From an uncultured Nitrospirota bacterium (GTDB lineage Bacteria > Nitrospirota > Nitrospiria > SBBL01 > CAZOFZ01): 35,033 bases of DNA. The position numbers and the translations under genes are program-made. Below are positions 9,928 to 18,573 of the stretch, piece by piece; the first letter of the stretch is position 1; every line of letters starts with the position of its first letter. The stretch is from NCBI GenBank assembly GCA_964579175.1, contig CAZOFZ010000001.1, forward strand, positions 7,549 through 42,581, given 5' to 3'. The notes below the pieces were generated by a model. That model was not told the DNA's origin. It searched no databases and was given only the letters and a program-made list of their open reading frames with translations.

Positions 9928-11094
9928 TCAGTCCGGTTCGTTCCGGCTGTACTTTCTGGACAAGGTCCGGACATGGGAGAGCGCCAATTCCGGCGTTGTC
10001 AGGGAATTCGGAAACGCGCGATACAGGGCCTCCGCAATGTGCGAAAGCGACGCCTGCCCGTCCATCCGATTCAGGACGAATAGATCCATCCGGCCCGCTT
10101 CATCCAGGCTTGGAATATGCTCCGGCACCCCTTTGCGAAGGTGCGCGAGGGAGATCGGGGTGCCGTAGAATGTGGATTGCCGAAAATCGGCCAGGACGCG
10201 CGCACCCTGTTCCGTCACGCAACTGTCCCAGCGCCAAACGTAGTCGTTATCCACGAGAGACGCATCCAGCGCAACGGAGACGGAATCCCCCGCTTGGAGC
10301 GGAACGGGTGTTTGCCAGGGGAAAAATCCGCTGCCGTACACCTTCGCGCATTCCGCGCTGTCTGGACGATTCGAAAAGCCGACGTCGTCGGTCAGCATCG
10401 CATCGAACCCGATGATCAGGCCATGCGCCAGACCGGGTCGGGTGACGGTTTGAGTAAACTTTCCCGCGACGTGCGGACGCTGGATCGTGGCGTAATCCAG
10501 GCGGGCCCATACTTGGGGTTCCGTCAACAACGTCGCCTTTCGGACCTCCGCCCCGGTCATCCACATATTCAGGGCCATCTGGCGGATATACGACATATCC
10601 AGGCCATCCGGCCGATCCGACCAGGGCCCGACACACTTCTCGTACAGCTCCGGTGACGACACGACGGCGCACCAGAGCAGGTCGCGTTTCGGAATGAGCG
10701 TGCCGCCCGGGGCCAGCAATCGCGCGCGCGCGTCAATAATCGTGGGGATGTGTCGGTCGAACAGGGGGAGTTGACCGCGCAGATCGGAAACGATCAAATC
10801 CGCCGGATGGGGAAGGGAGATGTCGGTCGAATTTTTTTGAATGAACTCGATCCGCCCGGACAAGCCGTTGTCCGCCGCAACCTTCCGCGCCACGGAAACT
10901 GCAGGGTTGGGTTCAATGGCATACACCCGTCGCGCGCCAAGCTGACAGGCCAGCAAGGCAAAAATGCCGGTGCCCGTGCCGATATCCAGGACCACCGAAT
11001 CGGGGGTCACGGACGCCGCAAGGGCCGCGCGGTAGGCACGCATCCGCACCCGATCCAACAACATTTCTCCGTAGTGCCCAATCGTATAACGCAT
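9928..11094 (-). CDS. class-I SAM-dependent methyltransferase, PRMT-like core with a C-terminal PqqD/RRE-like segment
   Basis: HYGEMLLDRVRMRAYRAAL...VVLDIGTGTGIFALLACQLGARRVYAIE parallels PRMT motif I/post-I. LLAPGGTLIP parallels motif III. The last ~70 aa (DLFVLNRMDGQASLSHIAEAL...) resemble a PqqD-type peptide-recognition wHTH. Confidence 0.7.
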   Translation of the reverse strand: MRYTIGHYGEMLLDRVRMRAYRAALAASVTPDSVVLDIGTGTGIFALLACQLGARRVYAIEPNPAVSVARKVAADNGLSGRIEFIQKNSTDISLPHPADLIVSDLRGQLPLFDRHIPTIIDARARLLAPGGTLIPKRDLLWCAVVSSPELYEKCVGPWSDRPDGLDMSYIRQMALNMWMTGAEVRKATLLTEPQVWARLDYATIQRPHVAGKFTQTVTRPGLAHGLIIGFDAMLTDDVGFSNRPDSAECAKVYGSGFFPWQTPVPLQAGDSVSVALDASLVDNDYVWRWDSCVTEQGARVLADFRQSTFYGTPISLAHLRKGVPEHIPSLDEAGRMDLFVLNRMDGQASLSHIAEALYRAFPNSLTTPELALSHVRTLSRKYSRNEPD

Positions 11095-11216
11095 GGCGAT
11101 ATTCCCCTCTCCAGGCCGGAAAAGCTTAAAGGTACGGAAGACTGACGCCGGGAGTGTATCATATTCTGCGGTGGCCCTCTCAATGTCTGACGGTCACAAA
11201 ATATCGTTCAATGATC

Positions 11217-11245
11217 TTGACACATGCAGTCAGAGTTCATACATT
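11217..11245 (+). promoter_or_regulatory. sigma70-like promoter for tolC-adaptor operon
   Basis: TTGACA (11217-11222), 17-nt spacer, TACATT (11240-11245), about 100 nt upstream of the tolC ATG in an AT-richer divergent spacer. Confidence 0.4.
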
Positions 11246-11343
11246 ACGGCCTCTATTCCCACGAACGGTGATGAAGCGTTCGTGAAAGAGGTGCTGGCGA
11301 GATGCTGGCATGGGGTTGGGGGGAGATCGGTTCCGAATTTGCC

Positions 11344-12942
11344 ATGATGAAATCCGTTTTCGTCTCGCGCCTGGGTGCGCGATGGATCGTTCTGCTCCCG
11401 TTGTTGAACCTCCTGTTGTCGAACCTGCCGTTGTATGCCCAGGAGGGCGCTGAAGCGCGTCCCTCGTCACAAGACACGATTGAGAGGTCGGCGGATGGGC
11501 GAGGCACACCGCCCTCCGCAGGAGCGCCCTCCGCAGGAGCAGGGGCGCGTTTTTCGCTGCGGGACGCCATCGAAATGGCCGTACAAAACAACCCCGAGAT
11601 TGCGGCCGCGTCGGAAAGCGTTCGGGCGTTCAAGTGGGCTGCGGCAGCGGCCGCCACCACCTTCGATCCGACCGTTTACCTGGACGTTCGGGCCGATCGC
11701 TCCATGCGCGCAGCCGCCTCCATTTTCGAAACCGACCTGATCGGCGCGGACAGCCGTATCACGCAAAATGCGCAGCACATCAAAGCCGGTTTCAAACGCC
11801 GTTTCCTCTGGGGGGGCGAATATGACCTGGCACTCCGACAGGACCGATCGAGCGACTCCCTTCAGGAAGAAAACCCCACGTTCAGCGGCGATCTTTCCCT
11901 GACCGTCACACAACCGCTGTTGCGCGGCTTCGGACGCGACATTGCGGATGTGCCTCGCCGGATGGCCGAGATACAGCACCGAGGGGCCTTCGCCGATTTC
12001 CAGGTGCAGTGGTCGGAGGTGATCTTGTCCGTCGCCAATACCTACTGGCGGCTGGTCTTTGCGCGAGAAAATCTGGAGATACAGAAGCAACGCCTGACGT
12101 CGGCGCGACAGTTGATCGACATCAACCGAACGAAGGTTGAACTGGGATTGCTTGCGCCCATCGAGGTGCTGGTGGCCGAGGCAGGGATGGCTTCCCGCGA
12201 GGAGGCGGTTGTCGTTTCGGAGGCGGAGCTGGCCGCCGAGGAGGAACGGATGCGGTTGCTTCTGAACGATCCGTCCTTCCTGCCACGTCCCACCGACACG
12301 CCGATGACGATGGAGACAACCCTGAACGAAGGGTCTCTTTTGGAACAAGCCATTTCACGACGTCCCGAAGTGCAAAAGCAGCGGCTGATTGTGGAACAGG
12401 AGGCCGTCTCCGTACGACAGGCCGGTCATCAGCGGCTTCCCGCGTTAGATCTGGTTGCCGCAGCCGGACCGAGCGGATTGGACACGACCTATGGAAAGTC
12501 ACTTTCGCAGCTGTTTTCAGGCGATTCCTATCGCTGGGATATCGGACTCCTTTTCTCGTATCCATTGGGGAATCGCGCGGCCCTGGCCCAGCTTGAACAG
12601 GAGACCGCGCAATGGAAATCGGCGCAGCGTCTGCGCGAGAAGGTCGTGCGGCAGGTCACGCTGGAAGTGCGGGAAGGATTGCGCAGGATCCGCACCGACC
12701 TGACGCGGATCGAAACCACGCGCCGGGCGCTCGATCTTGCGCAAAAAAAACTCTCTGCGGCCGATGAACGTTTTTCCTTCGGGCTTCTTACCAGTCAGGA
12801 CCTTCTGGCGTTCCAGGACGATCTGGCCGATGCGCGGGGCCGTGCGCTCAAGGCGGTCATCGATTACAACCAGTCGCTCATCTACCTGGAATCGGTGACC
12901 GGCGCCCTGCCGGATCGTGTCGGTCGCGTGGAGGCCCCTTGA
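11344..12942 (+). CDS. tolC: TolC-family outer-membrane efflux protein
   Basis: Signal peptide MMKSVFVSRLGARWIVLLPLLNLLLSNLPLYAQE and two OEP-type repeats (LSLRDAIEMAVQNNPEI..., LEQAISRRPEV...). ORF 11302.. trimmed to the ATG at 11344. Confidence 0.85.
   Translation: MMKSVFVSRLGARWIVLLPLLNLLLSNLPLYAQEGAEARPSSQDTIERSADGRGTPPSAGAPSAGAGARFSLRDAIEMAVQNNPEIAAASESVRAFKWAAAAAATTFDPTVYLDVRADRSMRAAASIFETDLIGADSRITQNAQHIKAGFKRRFLWGGEYDLALRQDRSSDSLQEENPTFSGDLSLTVTQPLLRGFGRDIADVPRRMAEIQHRGAFADFQVQWSEVILSVANTYWRLVFARENLEIQKQRLTSARQLIDINRTKVELGLLAPIEVLVAEAGMASREEAVVVSEAELAAEEERMRLLLNDPSFLPRPTDTPMTMETTLNEGSLLEQAISRRPEVQKQRLIVEQEAVSVRQAGHQRLPALDLVAAAGPSGLDTTYGKSLSQLFSGDSYRWDIGLLFSYPLGNRAALAQLEQETAQWKSAQRLREKVVRQVTLEVREGLRRIRTDLTRIETTRRALDLAQKKLSAADERFSFGLLTSQDLLAFQDDLADARGRALKAVIDYNQSLIYLESVTGALPDRVGRVEAP
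11495..11540. repeat. inverted copy of the dispersed ~30-nt repeat plus a perfect 15-nt tandem duplication, inside tolC
   Basis: 11495-11524 is 24/30 identical to the reverse complement of 29110-29139. gccctccgcaggagc occurs at 11511-11525 and again at 11526-11540 (encodes PSAGAPSAGA). Confidence 0.75.
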
Positions 12943-14066
12943 AAAAGACGCTCATCGTTTTACTGCTGGTGGCGGCTGCCGTGGCCTATGGCGTCAAGGC
13001 GCGGCCGCGGAATCCGCCGGTCATCGAGCGTTCTGCGGTCTCGGTCAAACGGGGAGACGTCATCGTCAGGGCGACGGAGACCGGCTCTTTGGAGCCAGTC
13101 AATATCGTGGAGATCAAGTCGGAACAGGCCGGCGAGATCAAGACACTGCACGTGCGCGCCGGCGACGCAATACAGACCGGACAACCCCTGGCCACCCTTC
13201 AACAGGAATCCAACCAGGCCCGGCAGGTGGCGGAAGCGCGCGCGGCCATCGAACAGGAACAACTCAATTGGGATGAGGCGCAGCGCGAGAAGGCGCGTGT
13301 GGCGAGGCTGTTCGAGAAGGGTTTTGTGGCGCGCGTCGAGTTGGAACGCGCGCAGAAAGCCGAGGAGAATGCCCATATCCGTTACGATCTGGCGAGGCGC
13401 CAGTTGCTTCTGACGTTGGGGGGAGACGCGGCGCGCTTCGAGGCGTCACTCTCTCGAAACCTGGCCTATCCTGACCTGGAAGAGTTCGTCCTGCCGTCGC
13501 CGTTGTCCGGGACGGTGATCGAGGTGATGGTGTCCGAAGGAGAGATCGTCTCTTCCGGCACGTCCGCCGTGAGCGGCGGGACCCCGCTCATGCGCATTGC
13601 GGACCTCTCCCGGATGTGGGTGAAGACGAAAATCAACGAGGTCAATGTCGGTCAGCTCAAGGTGGAGCAGCGCGCGGAGGTCCGTCTGGATGCAATTCCG
13701 GACAAGGTATACGAGGGGACGGTGATGAAGATCGCGCCGAAGGGGGAGACACTCGAAAATGTCGTGACCTATGAGGTTATGATCGGTCTGAACGACTCCG
13801 ATGCGCGCCTGAGGCCCTCCATGACCGCCAACGTGGATATTGTCACCGATCTGGCGCGCGATGTCCTTTATCTGCCGCGCGCGGCCGTGGCGCGAACCGA
13901 AGGGGAGGCGACCGTCACCCTGCGCACGCCCACGGGCGAGACGCGCGTCCAATCCGTACGGACGGGCATTCAGAACGAAACCGTGTTGGTGATTCTGGAG
14001 GGACTTTCGGAGGGGGACAGCGTGTTGCTGCCGGAGCCGGAAAAGAAGAAAGAAGATGAGAAGTAG
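12939..14066 (+). CDS. efflux periplasmic adaptor (membrane-fusion protein, HlyD/MacA-like)
   Basis: N-terminal anchor MKKTLIVLLLVAAAVAY, lipoyl-like and coiled-coil segments, beta-barrel region. TTG start overlaps the tolC stop (TTGA). Confidence 0.8.
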   Translation: MKKTLIVLLLVAAAVAYGVKARPRNPPVIERSAVSVKRGDVIVRATETGSLEPVNIVEIKSEQAGEIKTLHVRAGDAIQTGQPLATLQQESNQARQVAEARAAIEQEQLNWDEAQREKARVARLFEKGFVARVELERAQKAEENAHIRYDLARRQLLLTLGGDAARFEASLSRNLAYPDLEEFVLPSPLSGTVIEVMVSEGEIVSSGTSAVSGGTPLMRIADLSRMWVKTKINEVNVGQLKVEQRAEVRLDAIPDKVYEGTVMKIAPKGETLENVVTYEVMIGLNDSDARLRPSMTANVDIVTDLARDVLYLPRAAVARTEGEATVTLRTPTGETRVQSVRTGIQNETVLVILEGLSEGDSVLLPEPEKKKEDEK

Positions 14067-14097
14067 CGGACCGGCGCCGATCGAGCAGCCGTCTATC

Positions 14098-14123
14098 TCC
14101 ACGCCACGGCTCCACGCCACGGC
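14098..14123. repeat. tandem 13-mer (tccacgccacggc x2)
   Basis: Perfect copies at 14098-14110 and 14111-14123 in the convergent spacer, immediately 3' of the comM stop. Confidence 0.9.
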
Positions 14124-14124
14124 C

Positions 14125-15657
14125 CTACACTGCGGACATTTTACGATCCAGGCTGCGGTATTGAACCGCCTCGGCCACATCCGCCGTTTCGATCTCTGCC
14201 CGCTGCGCAAGATCGGCAATCGAACGGGCGACTTTGAGCACACGGGTATACGCACGCGCGGAAAGACCCAGCTTGTCCATGGCCGATTCCAGTAGTTTTC
14301 GGGCCGGTTCTCCGATTTTACAGATTTTTTTGATGTGTCGTGGACGCAATTGGGCGTTGCAGCGGACACCCTCCCCCTTGTAGCGCTCCGACTGAAACAA
14401 GCGAGCGGCCAACACCCGCTCCCGCATCGCCTCGGAGTTTTCCTCCCGCGTCGAAAGGGTCAAGTCTCGAAAGGGGACGGCGGGGACCTCGATGTGCAGA
14501 TCGATCCGGTCCAGCAACGGCCCGGAAATACGGGAACGGTAGCGTTGAATCGCCATCGGCGTGCAGACGCAATTGCGCGTCGGATCGGAAAGATGTCCAC
14601 ACGGACAGGGATTCATGGCCGACAGCAGAACGAACCGGGCGGGAAAAGTCAGCGAAGCGGTGGCCCGCGCAATGGTCACGACGCCCTCCTCCAGGGGTTG
14701 TCGCAGGACTTCCAGGACATTTCGGCGAAACTCCGGCAACTCGTCCAAAAACAGCACCCCATTGTGCGCCAGGCTGACCTCGCCGGGTCGGGGCACCGGG
14801 CCACCGCCGATGAGACCGGCATCCGAAATCGTGTGATGGGGCGCGCGAAACGGGCGTGTCACGATCAAGGGGCTTGCGAGACAACCCAGGGCGCTGTGCA
14901 CCTGCGTGGTTTCCAGCGATTCTTCAAAACACATCGGGGGAAGAATGGTGGGGAAGCGCCTGGCCAGCATCGTCTTACCCGACCCCGGAGGGCCCACCAT
15001 CAGGAGGTTGTGACCCCCCGCCGCTGCAATCTCCAGCGCCCGTTTTGCGTGGGCCTGCCCCCGAACGTCGCAAAAATCATCCACGAATGAAGCGGATTCC
15101 GGGGTCTGACGCGAGAGATCGGCGCGAATCGGGTGGAGGGTTTCCTGGCCATTGAAAAAGGCCACCACCTGTGGCAAGGTTTCGATCCCCAGGACCTCGA
15201 TGCCGTCCACAACGGACGCCTCGGCGCCGTTTTCGGAGGGGACCAGGATGCCGCGCATCCCGCTCTTTTTCGCCAGAATGGCCATCGGGAGCGCCCCCCT
15301 CACGGGCTTGACCCGTCCATCCAGCGAGAGCTCTCCCACAATCAGGTAGTGCGCAAGACGATCGCCACCCACGACGCCGTCCGCTGCCAACACCCCCAAC
15401 GCCATCGGAAGGTCAAAGGCCGCCCCTTCTTTTTTGAGGTCGGCGGGGGCCAGATTGATCGTGATTTTTTTGACGGGACATTGGAAGCCGCTATTCTTCA
15501 GGGCGGCGCGCAGGCGGTCTTTGCTCTCTCTGACGGCCAGGTCGGGGAGACCGACAATGGACAGGTAGGGGAGCCCTTGTGAGAGATCGATTTCGACTTC
15601 GATCCGATGCGCTTCAATCCCGTATAACGCCGCGCTGAATATCCTGGAGAGCGACAT
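14125..15657 (-). CDS. comM: YifB/ComM-family Mg-chelatase-like ATPase
   Basis: N-terminal Lon-protease-like domain (IEVEIDLSQGLPYLSIVGLPD..VRESKDR), AAA+ Walker A MVGPPGSGKT, Walker B VLFLDELPEF, zinc-finger-like CPCGH. Confidence 0.92.
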   Translation of the reverse strand: MSLSRIFSAALYGIEAHRIEVEIDLSQGLPYLSIVGLPDLAVRESKDRLRAALKNSGFQCPVKKITINLAPADLKKEGAAFDLPMALGVLAADGVVGGDRLAHYLIVGELSLDGRVKPVRGALPMAILAKKSGMRGILVPSENGAEASVVDGIEVLGIETLPQVVAFFNGQETLHPIRADLSRQTPESASFVDDFCDVRGQAHAKRALEIAAAGGHNLLMVGPPGSGKTMLARRFPTILPPMCFEESLETTQVHSALGCLASPLIVTRPFRAPHHTISDAGLIGGGPVPRPGEVSLAHNGVLFLDELPEFRRNVLEVLRQPLEEGVVTIARATASLTFPARFVLLSAMNPCPCGHLSDPTRNCVCTPMAIQRYRSRISGPLLDRIDLHIEVPAVPFRDLTLSTREENSEAMRERVLAARLFQSERYKGEGVRCNAQLRPRHIKKICKIGEPARKLLESAMDKLGLSARAYTRVLKVARSIADLAQRAEIETADVAEAVQYRSLDRKMSAV

Positions 15658-15767
15658 TGGGCTTCCCGTCGGACTTTACTGAAGGCGGTTTGGACCCCTC
15701 CATTGGGAGGGCCAACGGTTCCGTCAGGACACCGCATGGGATGGGTCATGGGACGGGCCGCCGGAAA

Positions 15768-16133
15768 TTAGGATGGTGTGTTTCTTAAAAACGAGGGGGT
15801 CCCGTTTTGACTGTTTTCTTCAATCCAGCGATAGAGGCCGGGTTGCAGGCCGAAGTGGAGATCGGGTGCGAACTGGACCCCATAGGAACTCCCCTCCGGA
15901 CGGCGGTGAACGACGACAACGCGCCCGCTCACCATTTCCTGGAAGGTATTCCCGGCGTAACTGCCGGAAATCCGGAGATTGACGCGGTGTCCCAGGCTCA
16001 ACGCCTTTTCGGCGTAGAGGTGCAAACCGCCCATGCTGACGTTGCTGATCGTTACCGACACGGGGGGTGTCTCCGTCGTCAGCTCGGCCGTTCCAACGAA
16101 CGGAATGCGGCGATATTTTCTTTTCTGCTGCAT
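15768..16133 (-). CDS. PilZ-domain (c-di-GMP-binding) protein
   Basis: ORF trimmed to the ATG at 16133. RKYRR (RxxxR) followed by NVSMGG (D/NxSxxG), the two PilZ c-di-GMP motifs. Confidence 0.75.
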   Translation of the reverse strand: MQQKRKYRRIPFVGTAELTTETPPVSVTISNVSMGGLHLYAEKALSLGHRVNLRISGSYAGNTFQEMVSGRVVVVHRRPEGSSYGVQFAPDLHFGLQPGLYRWIEENSQNGTPSFLRNTPS

Positions 16134-16253
16134 CGTGTCGGCAGTATAACAAAACGGACTGCAATGCACAATGGCCGTTGGAGGGGTAATGGTGGGAGGG
16201 AAGATGACGCGGCAGGAAGCGGTATCGGCGTTGGCGTTTGAGCGAGCACGACC

Positions 16254-16282
16254 TTGACTTATGCCGCCCCCCCCGATAGATT
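16254..16282 (+). promoter_or_regulatory. sigma70-like promoter upstream of the ureohydrolase gene
   Basis: TTGACT (16254-16259), 17-nt spacer, TAGATT (16277-16282). GGGAGG at 16299-16304 precedes the TTG start at 16309. Confidence 0.35.
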
Positions 16283-16308
16283 CAGGCGTCTGACGCGCGG
16301 GAGGCACT

Positions 16309-17232
16309 TTGGGAGCGATCACGTCATTTGAACAAAACGGGTGGTTTGGTCTAAACCGGCCGGACGCGATGTCTCCCGATATTGCAATCGTCGGTATTCC
16401 GTATGATGGCGCGGTCTGTTACCGGCGTGGCGCGGCGCTGGGGCCGGATCGCATACGTGAAGTCTCGGCGCAGATTCCTCCGGTGATCGAAACCGGCGAA
16501 GTGCTGGATCGCCTCCTCATCCGTGACGCGGGGAACCTCCCGTTTGGCACCGACTTCGCGGCCTCATTCTCCCAGATCGAGGACGAAATCGCGCGCCATG
16601 CGGCGACCGCTTTCGTGTTGACGTTGGGGGGGGACCATTCGATTGCCATTCCCGTACATCGCGCCTTTGGGAGGGTGGCCTCGCGGCCGATCGGGCTGAT
16701 CTACATTGACGCGCACACCGATCTCTCCGATCGCTTCGACGGCTCCCCCTATTCCCACGCCTGTCCGCTGCGCCGCACCCTGGAGACGGCGCGATTCTCT
16801 CCCGAAAATACCCTTCTGGTGGCCACCCGCTGTTTCGAACGGGCCGGGTTGGAATATATCCGGGAACATCGGATGACGGTGTTTTCTGCAGACGACATTG
16901 CGCAACGCGGCATGCAGGCGGTGGGTCGGGACATCCTCGCGCAGTGCGATGGTCTGTCGAACGTCTATCTCTCCGTTGACATTGACGCCCTGGACCCGGC
17001 CTATGCCCCCGGCACCGGCATTCCGGACGCGGGCGGGATCAGCACCCGCGAATTGATCGCCCTCCTCCGGATGTTACACCCGCTGCCGGTGATTGGCGCG
17101 GACCTCGTGGAAGTCGCGCCCCCTTTGGACCACGCCGACATCACCAGTTTTGCCGCGGTCAAACTGATCATGGAGCTCTTCGGGCTCGTGCAGAGAAGGA
17201 AATTACGGCAGCAACTTTCCAGGGTGCGCTAA
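16309..17232 (+). CDS. speB: arginase-family ureohydrolase (agmatinase / guanidinobutyrase-like)
   Basis: Mn-binding motifs GGDHSIA, IYIDAHTDL and SVDIDALDPAYAPGTG. Confidence 0.85.
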   Translation: MGAITSFEQNGWFGLNRPDAMSPDIAIVGIPYDGAVCYRRGAALGPDRIREVSAQIPPVIETGEVLDRLLIRDAGNLPFGTDFAASFSQIEDEIARHAATAFVLTLGGDHSIAIPVHRAFGRVASRPIGLIYIDAHTDLSDRFDGSPYSHACPLRRTLETARFSPENTLLVATRCFERAGLEYIREHRMTVFSADDIAQRGMQAVGRDILAQCDGLSNVYLSVDIDALDPAYAPGTGIPDAGGISTRELIALLRMLHPLPVIGADLVEVAPPLDHADITSFAAVKLIMELFGLVQRRKLRQQLSRVR

Positions 17233-17234
17233 CG

Positions 17235-18560
17235 ATGAAAAAGAAACAGGTCGCCCCGCCCGGTACGCGGGCGCAAGCGTGGATCGCACGGGATCGGGCG
17301 GTGCTCTCCCCCTCTTATACGCGTCAGTACCCGCTGGTGGTGAAATCGGCCAAGGGGGTCGTTGTGACCGACGTGGACGGACACCGCTTTCTGGACTTTA
17401 CGTCTGGCATTGCCGTGACGGCTACGGGGCATTGCCACCCCAAAGTCGTTTCCGCCATTACGGCGCAGGCCAAACAGTTCATCCATTTGTCGGGTACCGA
17501 TTTTTATTATCCGCAGGAGATTCTTCTGGCAGAACGTCTGGCCGCCATCGCGCCGGGGGGATCGGACAAAAAAGTCTTTCTGACCAACTCCGGCACCGAG
17601 GCGATCGAAGCCGCGATGAAACTGGCGCGCTATTGGAGCAAGCGTCCGTATTACATGGCGTTTCTGGGCGGGTTTCATGGCCGGAGCATGGGGGCGCTCT
17701 CCCTGACGGCCAGCAAGGCGATCCATCGGAAGGGCTTCGCGCCGCTGCTGTCGTCGGTGATTCATGCCCCCTATCCGAATCCGTATCGTCCGCCGGCGGG
17801 CGTCGCGCCGGATGCGTGCGATCGCTACACGCTGCATTGGATTCGGGAAGTGGCGTTTCGGCATTTGGTGTCGCCGGAAGAGGTGGCCGCGATTTTTGTG
17901 GAACCGATCCAGGGAGAGGGGGGATATATCGTGCCGCCGCCCCGTTTTCTGTCCGACCTTTCCGCCCTGGCGCGTGAATTCGGCATCCTCCTGATTGTGG
18001 ACGAAATCCAGAGCGGCATGGGCAGAACGGGCCGGATGTTCGCCTGCGAACATTTCGGTGTCGCGCCCGATATTCTGACCGTGGCCAAGGGGATTGCCTC
18101 CGGACTGCCGCTGGGCGGGATGATCGCCGACGGTGCCCTGATGAATTGGGAGCCGGGGGCGCATGGGAACACGTTCGGGGGAAACCCCGTGGCCTGCCAG
18201 GCGGCGCTGGCGACGATCGATTTGTTGGAAGGGGGCCTGATCCAAAATGCCGAGGCGGTGGGATCACGGATGCTGACCCGGCTGCGCGCCATGCAAAAGC
18301 GATATGAGTTGATCGGGGACGTGCGGGGCATGGGCCTGATGATCGGCGTCGAGTGTGTCCGGAATCGGGAAACCAAGGAGATGGCGATTCCGGAGCGCAA
18401 CCGGATCATCCAACGCTGTTTCGAGATGGGCCTGCTGATTCTAGGCTGCGGTCAAAATGTGATTCGGTTCGCCCCACCACTGACCCTGCGGCCACGGGAG
18501 GCCGATCGGGGGCTCGATATTTTCGAGGCGGCACTGGCCGAACTGACGCACGGGGAATAG
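17235..18560 (+). CDS. class-III PLP aminotransferase (GabT/ArgD-like)
   Basis: FLDFTSGIAVTATGHCHP, TNSGTEAIEAAMKLAR, LIVDEIQSGMGRTG and TVAKGIASGLP (PLP-Lys) motifs. Starts 2 nt after the ureohydrolase stop. Confidence 0.85.
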   Translation: MKKKQVAPPGTRAQAWIARDRAVLSPSYTRQYPLVVKSAKGVVVTDVDGHRFLDFTSGIAVTATGHCHPKVVSAITAQAKQFIHLSGTDFYYPQEILLAERLAAIAPGGSDKKVFLTNSGTEAIEAAMKLARYWSKRPYYMAFLGGFHGRSMGALSLTASKAIHRKGFAPLLSSVIHAPYPNPYRPPAGVAPDACDRYTLHWIREVAFRHLVSPEEVAAIFVEPIQGEGGYIVPPPRFLSDLSALAREFGILLIVDEIQSGMGRTGRMFACEHFGVAPDILTVAKGIASGLPLGGMIADGALMNWEPGAHGNTFGGNPVACQAALATIDLLEGGLIQNAEAVGSRMLTRLRAMQKRYELIGDVRGMGLMIGVECVRNRETKEMAIPERNRIIQRCFEMGLLILGCGQNVIRFAPPLTLRPREADRGLDIFEAALAELTHGE

Positions 18561-18573
18561 AGTCTTTTGCGAG

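Noticed and set aside
11093-11347. 84-aa plus-strand ORF in the methyltransferase/tolC divergent spacer
   Set aside because: Spans the predicted promoter and 5' UTR of tolC, with no SD and no motifs. I also considered it as a possible precursor peptide for the RRE-like methyltransferase but found no supporting features.
17229-18245. 338-aa minus-strand ORF (and 17479..18267, 262 aa)
   Set aside because: Antisense to the well-supported class-III aminotransferase. Low-complexity R/G/P/H composition.
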